64,000 bases of DNA from an uncultured Candidatus Rokubacteria bacterium. GTDB taxonomy: Bacteria; Methylomirabilota; Methylomirabilia; Rokubacteriales; CSP1-6. How positions within the stretch are numbered: the stretch's first letter is position 1; the number at the start of each line of letters is the position of its first letter. Location: NCBI GenBank assembly GCA_963758635.1, contig CAVWWD010000004.1, positions 64,001 to 128,000 of the forward strand, written 5' to 3'. Position numbers and translations under genes: made by a program. Of this stretch, positions 1-9,855 are shown piece by piece. The notes beneath the pieces were generated by a model. It was not told where the DNA came from and did not search any database. It saw only the letters and a program-made list of their open reading frames with translations.

Positions 1-8
1 GCCCCGGC

Positions 9-272
9 GTGCGGCAGAAGAGGATCTGGGAGGATCCGGCGAGCGAGCGGCGCGCCATCCTGGCCCGCTTCGAGCCGGGCGCGACGCTCCCCCGCCATCG
101 TCACGTGGGCGACGAGCTGATCTTCGTGGTGGAAGGCGCGAACGCCGACGAATCGGGCGTGGTGGCCACGGGGAACATGAACTACCGGCCGAACGGGTGT
201 GTTCACACCGTGACCACGGCCAACGGCGCGACGGTGCTGGCCGTCGTCTGGGGACGCACGGAGCCGGTTTGA
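9..272 (+). CDS. ChrR-like cupin domain protein (probably 5'-truncated by the window edge)
   Basis: Cupin motifs PGATLPRHRHVGDE...EG and YRPNGCVH; frame is open to the window start. Confidence 0.75.
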   Translation: MRQKRIWEDPASERRAILARFEPGATLPRHRHVGDELIFVVEGANADESGVVATGNMNYRPNGCVHTVTTANGATVLAVVWGRTEPV

Positions 273-286
273 CGGGAGGAGCCGCC

Positions 287-587
287 ATGAGAGCGCTCGC
301 GTCGCTCCTGCTGATCGTCCTCGTCGTGCTCGCCGGCGCCGGCCCCGCCGCGGCCTCGCCGGAGGGGCAGATGACCTGGGCCGTGCACATCTCGCTCGCC
401 CCGACGTGGTTCGATCCCGCGGAGACGCCGGGGATCGGCACGCCGTTCATGATCCTCTACGCGCTCCACGACGCGCTGGTGAAGCCCATGCCCGGCAACG
501 CGATGGCGCCGAGCCTGGCCGAGTCGTGGAGCCTGTCGAAGGACGGCTCGTCAGAGCTCCCCCGACCCTCCGCTGAAGGGCAAGTAG
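287..587 (+). pseudogene. Internally deleted family-5 ABC substrate-binding protein paralogue
   Basis: RBS GGAGG; signal peptide and PEGQMTWAVHISLAPTWFDPAE...LAESWSLSKDG match the next gene; terminal codons LKGK-stop remain at 573-587. Confidence 0.7.
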
Positions 588-621
588 ACCGAGTGCATTC
601 ATGACCCGGGAGGCATTCTCC

Positions 622-2158
622 ATGAGATACGCGCACCGTCGCTTCGGGCTCCTCCTCGCCGTCGTGATCGTCCTCGCCGGCGCGTCCCCCGCGGCGGCGG
701 CGCCCGAAGGCCAGATGACGTGGGGGGTGCACGTCTCGCTCGCGCCCACGTGGTTCGATCCCGCCGAGACCTCGGGGATCATCACGCCGTTCATGACGCT
801 CTACGCGATGCACGACGCCATGGCCAAGCCCCTGCCGGGCCAGGCGATGGCGCCCGGCCTCGCCGAGTCGTGGACCATGTCGCCGGACGGGCTCCTCTAC
901 GAGTTCGTCCTGCGGAAGAACGTCAAGTTCCACAACGGCGATCCCGTGACCGCGGAGGACGTGAAGTTCTCGTTCGAGCGGTACCGGGGAGCGTCGTCCA
1001 AGGCGCTCAAGGAGGCGGTGGCGGCGGTGGAGACGCCCGACCCCGGGCGCGTCCGCTTCCGGCTGAAGCGGGCGTGGCCCGACTTCCTCACCTTCTACCT
1101 GGGCGCCACCGGGGCGGGGTGGATCGTGCCGAAGAAGTACGTCGAGCGCGTGGGCGACGACGGGTTCAAGAAGGCCCCGATCGGCGCGGGCCCGTACCGG
1201 TTCGTCTCGTTCGCGCCGGGGATCGAGCTGGTCCTCGAGGCCAACGAGCAGTACTGGCGGAAGTCCCCCAGCGTGAAGCGGCTCGTCCTCAAGGCCATCC
1301 CCGACGAGGCCACGCGGCTGGCCGCGCTGAAGGGGGGCGAGGTGGACGTGATCTACCAGATGCGCGGCGCCCTCGCCGAGGATCTCCGGCGCAGTGCCGG
1401 GCTCCGGCTCAAGCCCAACCTCGGCCTCGCCACCTACTGGGTCCACTTCCCCGACCAGTGGGACCCGAAGTCGCCGTGGCACGACCGGCGCGTGCGGCTG
1501 GCCGCCAGCCACGCCCTGGACCGGCCGGCGATGAACCAGGCCGAGGTCCTCGGCCACTCCCGGATCAACTGGAGCATCATCCCCAACAGCTTCGAGTTCT
1601 ACTGGCAGCCGCCCGCGACCGCCGTACGATCCGGTTCGGGCCAAGGCGCTCCTCGCCGAGGCCGGTCACCCCAACGGCTTCGACGCCGGCGACTACTCGT
1701 GCGACGCGGCGAACGCGGCCATCTGCGAGCCGGTGGTGAACTACCTGAACGCCGTCGGCATCCGGACCCGGCTCCGGCCGCTGGAGCGGGCGGCCTTCTA
1801 CCGCGGGTGGGCCGAGCGCCGCTTCAAGGGGCTGATCCAGGGCCAGAGCGGCGCCTTCGGCAACGCGGCGACGCGGATCGAGGCCTTCGTGGCCGCGGGC
1901 GGCACCTACGTCTACGGCAGCTATCCCGACATCGACGGGCTGTTCCGCGACCAGGCGGGGGAGACGGACGCCAAGCGGCGCGAGGCCACGCTTCACCGGA
2001 TCCAGCAGCTCATCCACGAGAAGGTGATCATGGCCCCCATCTGGCTGAACGCCGGCCTCGTCGGCCTGGGGCCGAGGGTGGAGGAGGCGGGGATCGGCCT
2101 CATCGCCGGCTACGCCTTCTCGGCGCCCTACGAGGACGTGAAGCTCAAGGGCAAGTGA
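622..2158 (+). CDS. ABC peptide/nickel-type substrate-binding protein (family 5), frameshift near 1620
   Basis: Signal peptide; LAESW..SPDG..YEF.LR..VKFHNG motif; GAGPY; C-terminal half in ORF 1733..2158. Confidence 0.9.
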
Positions 2159-3132
2159 TGGCCGGCGCTCCGTTGCTCGTGGTCGAGGACCTCAAGACTC
2201 ATTTCTTCACACGGCGCGGGGTCACCAAGGCGGTCGACGGGGTGAGCTTCACCCTCGACGCCGGGGAGACGCTCGCCCTCGTGGGAGAGTCGGGCTCGGG
2301 CAAGTCGGTCACGTGCCTGTCGCTGGTGCGCCTCGTGCCCGAGCCGGCGGGGCGCATCGTCGGCGGTCGCATCCTGCTCGAGGGAGAGGACCTGCTCGAC
2401 AAGAGCCCGGCCGAGATGCGCCGGGTGCGCGGCAAGCAGATCGCCATGGTGCTCCAGGACCCGATGACGTCCCTGAACCCGGCCCTGACCATCGGCACCC
2501 AGGTGAGCGAGGTGCTGCATCTGCACCAGGGGCTGCGCCGCTCGGCCCTGCGCGAGCGCGTGCTCGAGGCCCTCCGGCGCCTGCGCATCTCGGCCCCCGA
2601 CGCGCGTCTCGGGCAGTATCCCCACCAGTTCAGCGGCGGGATGCGCCAGCGGGTCACGAGCGCCATCGCGCTCGCGTGCGCGCCGCGCCTGCTGATCGCC
2701 GACGAGCCGACCACGTCGCTCGACGTGACCATCCAGGCCCAGTACCTGGACCTCCTCAAGGAGGTGCAGGCGGCCGCCGGCGTCGCGGTCATCCTGGTCA
2801 CCCACGACTTCGGCATCGTGGCCGCCAACGCCGACCGCGTGGCCGTGATGTACGCGGGGAAGATCGTGGAGATGGGGACCACGCTCCAGATCTTCAACGA
2901 GCCGCGGCACCCCTATACGCAGGCGCTCCTGCGCTGTCTCCCCGACGTCGCGGCCACGGGCCAGCAGCAGCTCGTCGAGATCGGGGGACAGCCGCCCGAC
3001 CTCGCCCGGCTCGGGCCGGGGTGCCCGTTCGCGCCGAGGTGCCCGCGGCGCGAGGCGGTCTGCGACGAGAAGTACCCGCCGGCGGTGACCGTGAACGGGG
3101 GACACGTGGCGAGCTGCTGGGCCGCGGCGTGA
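2158..3132 (+). CDS. Oligopeptide/dipeptide ABC transporter ATP-binding protein (OppD/DppD-like)
   Basis: GESGSGKS, FSGGMRQR, LLIADEP, C-terminal HPYT and Cys cluster; TGATG overlap with upstream gene. Confidence 0.93.
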   Translation: MAGAPLLVVEDLKTHFFTRRGVTKAVDGVSFTLDAGETLALVGESGSGKSVTCLSLVRLVPEPAGRIVGGRILLEGEDLLDKSPAEMRRVRGKQIAMVLQDPMTSLNPALTIGTQVSEVLHLHQGLRRSALRERVLEALRRLRISAPDARLGQYPHQFSGGMRQRVTSAIALACAPRLLIADEPTTSLDVTIQAQYLDLLKEVQAAAGVAVILVTHDFGIVAANADRVAVMYAGKIVEMGTTLQIFNEPRHPYTQALLRCLPDVAATGQQQLVEIGGQPPDLARLGPGCPFAPRCPRREAVCDEKYPPAVTVNGGHVASCWAAA

Positions 3133-4088
3133 TCCTCCAGGCCGTCGACGTCACGAAGCACTTCCCGTTGGCCCGCGGCTTCGGGATCGGCGGGCGTCGC
3201 GGGTTGATCAGGGCGCTCGACGGCGTGAGCGTGCAGGTCGGGGAAGGCGAGACCCTCGGCATCGTGGGGGAATCCGGGTCGGGAAAGACCACCCTCGCCC
3301 GGCTCTTCCTGCTCCTCGCGCGCCCGACCTCGGGCGCCCTGCTCGTGGACGGCAAGGACGTCCACTCGCTCGGCCCCGAGGACCTCGGGCGCTACCGCCG
3401 GTCGGTGCAGGCGGTGTTCCAGGACCCCTACAGCTCCTTGAACCCGAGGATGCGCGTCGGGGACATCGTGGCCGAGCCCCTGCCGCGCGACAACGGCACG
3501 AGCCGGGCGGACGTGCGCGCGCGCACGGCGGAGGTCCTCGAGCTGGTGGGGCTCCGGCCGGAGAGCGGCGCCCTCTACCCCCACGAGTTCAGCGGCGGCC
3601 AGCGTCAGCGCATCGCCATCGCGCGCGCCCTCGTCACGTACCCGAAGTTCATCGTCCTCGACGAGCCCGTCTCGGCGCTGGACGTGTCGATCCGCGCGCA
3701 GATCCTCAACCTGCTCAAGCGCCTGCAGGCGGAGCTCGGCCTCGCCTACATCATGATCTCCCACGATCTCGCCGCCGCCCGCTACCTCGCCACGCGCCTG
3801 GCCGTGATGTACGCGGGCAAGCTCGTGGAGACGGGCGACTGCGAGGCCGTGTACGCGGCGCCGCTGCACCCATACACGGAGGCGCTCCTGTCCGCCGCCC
3901 TGCCGCTGCACCCCTCGGCGCGCCGGCAGCGGATCGTGCTCGGGGGAGAGGTGCCGAATCCCGCGCGCCCGCCCGCGGGCTGCCGCTTCCACCCGCGTTG
4001 CCCGAAGGCGTTCGCGCCGTGCCCGACGGACGAGCCGGCCTGGCGCGAGGTGCAGCCCGGCCGCTTCACGGCCTGTCATCTGTATTGA
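3129..4088 (+). CDS. Oligopeptide/dipeptide ABC transporter ATP-binding protein (OppF/DppF-like)
   Basis: GESGSGKT, FSGGQRQR, LDEPVSALD, GCRFHPRC...ACHLY; GTGA overlap. Confidence 0.93.
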   Translation: MILQAVDVTKHFPLARGFGIGGRRGLIRALDGVSVQVGEGETLGIVGESGSGKTTLARLFLLLARPTSGALLVDGKDVHSLGPEDLGRYRRSVQAVFQDPYSSLNPRMRVGDIVAEPLPRDNGTSRADVRARTAEVLELVGLRPESGALYPHEFSGGQRQRIAIARALVTYPKFIVLDEPVSALDVSIRAQILNLLKRLQAELGLAYIMISHDLAAARYLATRLAVMYAGKLVETGDCEAVYAAPLHPYTEALLSAALPLHPSARRQRIVLGGEVPNPARPPAGCRFHPRCPKAFAPCPTDEPAWREVQPGRFTACHLY

Positions 4089-4465
4089 GCGCGGAGGGGC
4101 CGCCAGGACTTCCGTGCGCGCCCACGCCGATCCGCCAGGGGCGCCACGGGGACGTGAGCACCCGATATGATCCATCCGCGTGCTGGACCGAGGCCGCGGG
4201 ATGTCCGGAGCTCGGGCGAAAGGCATTCGGCCGATGGGGCAGGTCAGGTCAATGGGAGAGGATCATCCACGAGACACTGGGGCGCCTCGCAGGCTATCCG
4301 GCCCGGGCATTCGCCGGCGAGCGATGGAAAGGCGCCTCCGGACTGACACGAATGCTCTCTGGCTTCGGGGGACGTTTCTTGTTATGCACCGGCGATACAC
4401 TGACCGGGCAGTGCTACACGGTTCCGCCCAATTGTGGTTAGGGTTCAAAGGGCGACCACAAGGAG

Positions 4466-5503
4466 GTGAGTTCAATCGCCGAACGTCGCGCAAGTCGATT
4501 CGGAGTCGAACGTCGACTGCGGCTCGCCGTGTGCATCGGCCTCACCGTGGCGGTGTCGGTCAGCTCGTGCCCAGGCGAAGCCCAGCAGGTGGCCAAGACC
4601 GGTCGAGTGGGCTTCGTGGGGCTCAACCCGGGGGTCACCCGAGAACGAGCGGCGTTCCTGCAAGGCATGCGTGACCTCGGCTACGTCGAGGGCCGCAATG
4701 TCGTGATCGAATATCGGTTTGCACAGGGAGACCTCGCGCGGATTCCCGCTATCACGGCCGAACTGGTAGCGCTCAAGGTGGATGTCATCGTGGCGGCCGG
4801 CGGCTCACTGGCGCCTTGGCTGCCAAGCGAGCGACGACGACCATTCCCATTGTCTTCCCCGCCGTTGGCGACCCCGTAGCCGACGGGTTGGTGGCCAGCT
4901 TGGCGCGGCCGGGCGGGAATGCGACGGGGTTGGCTGTTCTCAACCAGGAGTTGATCGGCAAGCGCCTGGAGCTAGCCAGGCAACTCGTGCCGCACATGAG
5001 TCGTGCCGCCTTTCTCGTGAAGCCCGATGCCGCTCCCGACAGCACGATGAAGGGCGTCCTGAAGTCGGCGGAGGTAGCGGCTCGTGGGTTAGGCGTGAGG
5101 CTTCAGTCGTGGAGGCACGAGGGCCTGAAGACTTCAAGCGCGCTTTCGCGGACATGACCAGGGCAGGCGCGAACGTTTGAGCGTGCACTCCACCCCGGCA
5201 TTCGATCGTGAGCCACATCGCCTTGTAGCCCTGGCGCTGAGGCATCGCCTGCCGACGGTGTACTCATTCAGACACTACGTCGATGCCGGGGGGCTGATAT
5301 CCTACGGCCCCGACCTTCCTGATCTGTTTCGGCGCGCCGCGAGCTACGTTGACAAGATTCTCAAGGGGGCCAGCCCCGCCGACCTGCCAGTCGAGCAGCC
5401 GACCAAGTTCGAGCTGGTCATCAACCTCAAGACTGCCAAGGCACTCGGTCTGAAAGTCCCGCCATCGACACTTGCGCAGGCAGACGAGGTCATCGAGAAA
5501 TGA
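4466..5503 (+). CDS. ABC_sub_bind-family substrate-binding protein, frameshifts near 4810, 5110, 5175
   Basis: LGYVEGRNVVIEYR, ATTTIPIVF..GDPV, SYGPD, DLPVEQPTKFELVINLKTAKALGL across four ORFs; RBS AAGGAGG. Confidence 0.85.
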
Positions 5504-5531
5504 GCGCGGGCGGGCCGGACAACGTCTCGAA

Positions 5532-5599
5532 CCCTAACCTCAGCTGCAGCGGTCGGCACCTCGCGTTGCTCGGCGCCGCCGCTGAAGCGGGCGTTAAAC
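5532..5599 (-). mobile_element. Integron attC recombination site (solitary; no integrase in window)
   Basis: Minus strand GTTTAAC (RYYYAAC, containing the upstream TAA) ... GTTAGGG, 68 bp, internal stem CAGCGG-CGGCGCC / GGTGCCG-A-CCGCTG. Confidence 0.75.
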
Positions 5600-5790
5600 G
5601 CCGATGCGTGCCAGCCGGCGTGGCGGGAGCGCCTTGAGAAGCTCAAGCAGTTCGGGCATGAGCGGTGCGAACGATTCGAAGCGGTTGGTCGAGGCGACGA
5701 GAACGACAACTGAGACCGGTAGCGTCCTCAGGTTCTGCTGATGCTCGAGGTTCCTGTCGGCGGTGATGAGGACATCGAAGTGCTCATTGG
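5594..5790 (-). pseudogene. C-terminal remnant of a DUF5615-like PIN toxin (gene cassette remnant)
   Basis: FDVLITADRNLEHQQNL..LPVSVVVL motif; N-terminus missing; stop lies in the attC. Confidence 0.65.
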
Positions 5791-5795
5791 TCGTG

Positions 5796-6240
5796 TGATC
5801 ATCTGCGCGAGTCCAACGCTTTGCCCATGACCCGTATTCGAAACGGCGAACTCGACTGGGCACGCATGCGCGCTGCCGTCTTTGACGGGTTCCATCGCTG
5901 TCTGCCCGCCTTCGCCGCGGCCGGCAACAACCTGATCGTGGATCACATCATCGAGCAGGAGCAGTGGCGGGCCGATCTCGTCCAGCTGCTTGCGTCCTTT
6001 GACGTGTTCTTTGTCGCGGTGCACTGTCCGTTGCCAGAGCTGGAGCGTCGGGAACGGCATCGGGGTGACCGGCGCCCCGGAGAGGCCCGCAGGGACTTTC
6101 ACGCCGTGCATCGCTTCACGGAGTACGATCTCGCCATTGATGCGACCCAGCCGACCGAGGGCAACGGTGCGCGGCTGATCACGGCGTGGCAAGCGCGGAG
6201 CCGCCCGACGGCCTTTGAGCGCATGGCGACGCACGGCTGA
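5796..6240 (+). pseudogene. 5'-truncated chloramphenicol phosphotransferase (CPT)-family kinase
   Basis: AAAGNNLIVDH, VAVHCPLPELERRE..RGDR, YDLAID; N-terminal P-loop absent. Confidence 0.7.
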
Positions 6241-6471
6241 GGGCATTCGGGGTCCGCAGCTTGGGCGTTCGGCGGATCGAGCCACGGGCCGGCGGCGATG
6301 ACAGCGGAACCCGAGCAGGATTCCAGGGCAGCATTGATCGCTCGGATCGAGGGAAGGCAATCGCCCAACCGGCCAGGCCCTCGACTCGTACACCCTGCAT
6401 GCGGTACTGTCGACCGGCCGAACCCGCCGCTGAAGCACTCGGCCCGCGCGTAGAGGCGCACAGGAGACCAG

Positions 6472-7886
6472 ATGACCAACGACGACTCCTCCATGAAGCG
6501 GCGGCTCGCGGCCATCCTCGCCGCGGACATCGCCGGCTACAGCCGCCTCATGGGCGAGGACGAGGCCGCGACGGTCCGCGATCTGAAGGGGCACAGGCGG
6601 CGGTCCTGCCTCTGGTCGGCCGCTACGGCGGCCGCATCATCGACACCGCGGGGGACGGCATCCTGGCCGAGTTCCCGAGCGTGATCAACGCGACCGAGTG
6701 CGGGGTCGAGATCCAGACCGTCATGGCGACGCGCAACGAGGGGGTGCCAGAGTCGCGCCGCATGCAGTTCCGCATCGGCATCAACCTGGGCGACGTCATC
6801 CACGACGAGAGCCGCATCTACGGCGACGGCATCAACATCGCGGCCCGGCTCGAGGGCATCGCGGAGCCGGGCGGGATCTGCATCTCCCGCCAGGTGTTCG
6901 ACCAGGTGAGCCGGACGCTCAAGGCGAATTTCCAGGCGCTCGGCCCGCGCGCCCTGAAGAACATCGCGCAGCCGGTGGACGTCTTCGCCATCGCGCCGTC
7001 CGATGGCGGCGCCGGACCGGGCGTGACGGCTCCCAGCGCCGTCGATCTGCAGCAGGAGATCCGGTTCTGCACCGCGCCCGACGGCGTCCAGCTCGCCTAC
7101 TCGATGATCGGCCAGGGGCCGCCGCTGATGAAGACGGGCAACTGGATGACCCATCTGGAGTTCGACCTCGAGAGCCCGATCTGGCGGCACCTCTACCGGG
7201 AGCTGGCGAAGGACCACACGCTCGTCCGCTACGACGCCCGCGGCAACGGGCTGTCGGACCGGACCGTGGACGAGATCTCGTTCGACGCCTTCGTGAGCGA
7301 CCTGGAGGCGGTGGTGGACGCCGCGGGGATCGAGCGGTTCGCGCTGCTCGGGATCTCCCAGGGCTGCGCGATCTCGATCGCGTACGCCGTGCGCCATCCC
7401 GAGCGCGTGTCGCATCTCATCCTCTACGGGGGCTACGCGCTGGGCTGGAGCAAGCGCTCCCGCAGCGCGGCGGAGAAGGAAGAGGACGCCGCCATGCTGA
7501 CGCTGATGCGCCTGGGCTGGGGCAAGGAGAACGCCGCGTTCCGCCAGCTGTTCACCTCGCAGTTCATCCCCGGCGGGACCAAGGAGCAGGCCGACTGGTT
7601 CAACGAGCTGCAGCGCATCACGGTGTCGGGGGAGGTGGCGGCCCGGATCCACGAGGCGAACGGCGAGACCGACGTCACCGCGCTGCTCCCGCAGGTGCGG
7701 GTGCCGACCCTCGTGCTGCACGCGCGTGACGAGGCCCGGGTCCCGTTCGAGACCGGGCGTCGCATGGCGGCCGGCATCCCCGGCGCGCGGTTCGTGACGC
7801 TGCAGGGGCGCAACCACATCTTCCTCGAGACCGAGCCGGCCTTCGGCCAGTTCCTGGAGCACACCCGGGCGTTCCTCGCCACCTGA
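6472..7886 (+). CDS. Class III adenylate/guanylate cyclase fused to alpha/beta hydrolase, frameshift near 6595
   Basis: RRLAAILAADIAGYS, TAGDG, RIGINLGDV, GDGINIAARLE; hydrolase GISQG, RYDARGNGLSD, GRNH. Confidence 0.9.
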
Positions 7887-8049
7887 AGCCGCTCCACCGT
7901 GCATCCCGGCGCCCGGTGAAGCCCGGGCGGTTGCGCCCGGCCAGGCCGGTGACCGGGGCTCCGGTCGGCTGTACGAGCCCGGGCCGACTGGGGTATGGTG
8001 GGCGGCGTGAGCTCTCCCCAACGTCTGCGACGGAGAAAGGAGCACGCAC

Positions 8050-9736
8050 ATGGCCTATGACCTCCTGATCAGGAACGGCCGGATCATCGACGGCTCCGGC
8101 CGCCCCGCCTACCACGGAGACGTGGCGGTCGAGCGGGGCAAGATCGTCGAGCTGGGCAAGCTCGGCGGGCAGGCCAGGCGCACCATCGAGGCCGATGGGC
8201 GCGTCGTGGCCCCCGGCTTCGTGGACAACCACTGCCACTACGACGCCCAGGTGCTGTGGGATCCGCTCTGCACGTACTCGTGCCACCACGGCGCGACCAG
8301 CGTCATCATCGGGAACTGCTCGCTCGCCCTCGCCCCGGTGCGCCCGCACGAGCGCGAGAAGCTCGCGGGGATGCTCTCCTACGTCGAGGCCATCCCCATG
8401 GACGTGCTGAAGGCCGGCGTGCCGTGGAACTGGGAGACGTTCCCCGAGTACATGAGCGCGATCGGCCAGCGCCTCGGGGTCAACGTGGGCACGCTGGTCG
8501 GCCACTCCGCCGTCCGGCTCTACGCCATGGGCGAGGACTATTCGAAGCGCGACGCGACCGACGCCGAGCTCGAGACGATGCGGCGGATCGTGCGCGAGTC
8601 CCTCGAGGCGGGCGCCCTCGGCCTGTCCATCACGCGGAACATGAACCACTTCGACATCGCGGGCACGCGCATCCCCGCGGCGAGCGCTCCCGAGTCGGAG
8701 CTCTTTGCTCTCGCCGACGTGCTCCGCGAGGCGGGCACGGGCGTCATCCAGTGCGGCGGCGGCACCAACCCCGAGATGAAGGACCGCCTGCTGAGCCGCA
8801 TCGCCCAGGCATGCGGCCGGCCCATCATGTACAACACGCTCCAGGAGCAGGCTCGGCAGCCCGGGCGGTGGAAAGAGCACCTCGCCCACGCAGAGGAGAC
8901 GGCCAAGCAGGGCGTGCGCGCCATCCCGCTCGTCAACCCGGGCAGCGTGGTGAACCGCTTCACCATGAAGAACTGCCAGGTGTTCCGGGGCATGCCGACC
9001 TGGCTGCCCATCCTCCAGGCCGAGGACGCGGAGAAGCTGCGCCGCCTACCGCGATCCCGCCATGCGCGCGAAGCTCCGCGCCGAGGTCGACGCGCCGCTC
9101 ACGCCGGACTCGACGTTCTCCAAGCGCTGGGACCTGATGATCGTCGAGGAGCCGAAGGCCGCGAAGAACCGCCAGCTCCGCGGCAAGAGCGTGGCCGACC
9201 TCGCCAAGGCGCAGGGCAAGACGCCGGTGGACGCCTTCCTCGACCTCGCGGTGGACGAGAATCTGGAGACCGTCTTCAGCCTCGGCGAGATCAACATGGA
9301 CACCGAGGCGGTGGCGCAGATCCTGGGCAGCCCGCACGCCGTGGTCGGCCTCTCCGACGGCGGCGCCCACGTGCAGTTCCACTCCAACGTGTCGAACCCG
9401 ACCCGGCTGCTCGGCTACTGGGTGCGGGAGAAGAACATCATGACGCTCGAGCACGCGGTGCGGCGGCTCACGTTCGACTCCGCCACCGCGTTCGGCATCT
9501 ACGATCGCGGGCTGCTGCAGCCCGGCATGGCGGCGGACATCGTCGTGTTCGACGCCGATACCGTCCGGCCGGTGCCCGAGGACGTCGTCCACGACTTCCC
9601 GGCCAACGGCTGGCGGATGCGCGAGCTCGCCGAGGGCATCCACTACACGGTGGTCAACGGCGAGGTCCTGCTGGAGAAGGGCACCCACACCGGCGCGCAC
9701 CCCGGCAAGGTGCTGCACAACGCGCGGTACCAGTAG
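8050..9736 (+). CDS. N-acyl-D-amino-acid deacylase-like amidohydrolase, frameshift near 9045
   Basis: DLLIRNGRIIDGSG, APGFVDNHCHYD, GNC, SDGGAH, DRGLLQPGMAADIVVFD. Confidence 0.9.
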
Positions 9737-9855
9737 CGGTAGCCCAGGGTCCGAGCCTGCATCGCGAGCGGCCGGGGAACGGGTCGATGCGCCTCGACAG
9801 CGTCGACCCGGACCCCGGCCGCGCCGCGTTCGGGCGCCCGTGACCTGAGCCGGAC

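Noticed and set aside
601..3132. 843-aa SBP-ATPase fusion in the ORF track
   Set aside because: Artefact of the frameshift near 1620; the SBP ends at 2158 where the ATPase starts.
4436..5539. 11-bp inverted repeat GGTTAGGGTTC (4436-4446 / 5529-5539) bracketing the ABC_sub_bind gene
   Set aside because: Short enough to arise by chance; no transposase or target duplication. One arm overlaps the attC end, so it is worth only a glance.
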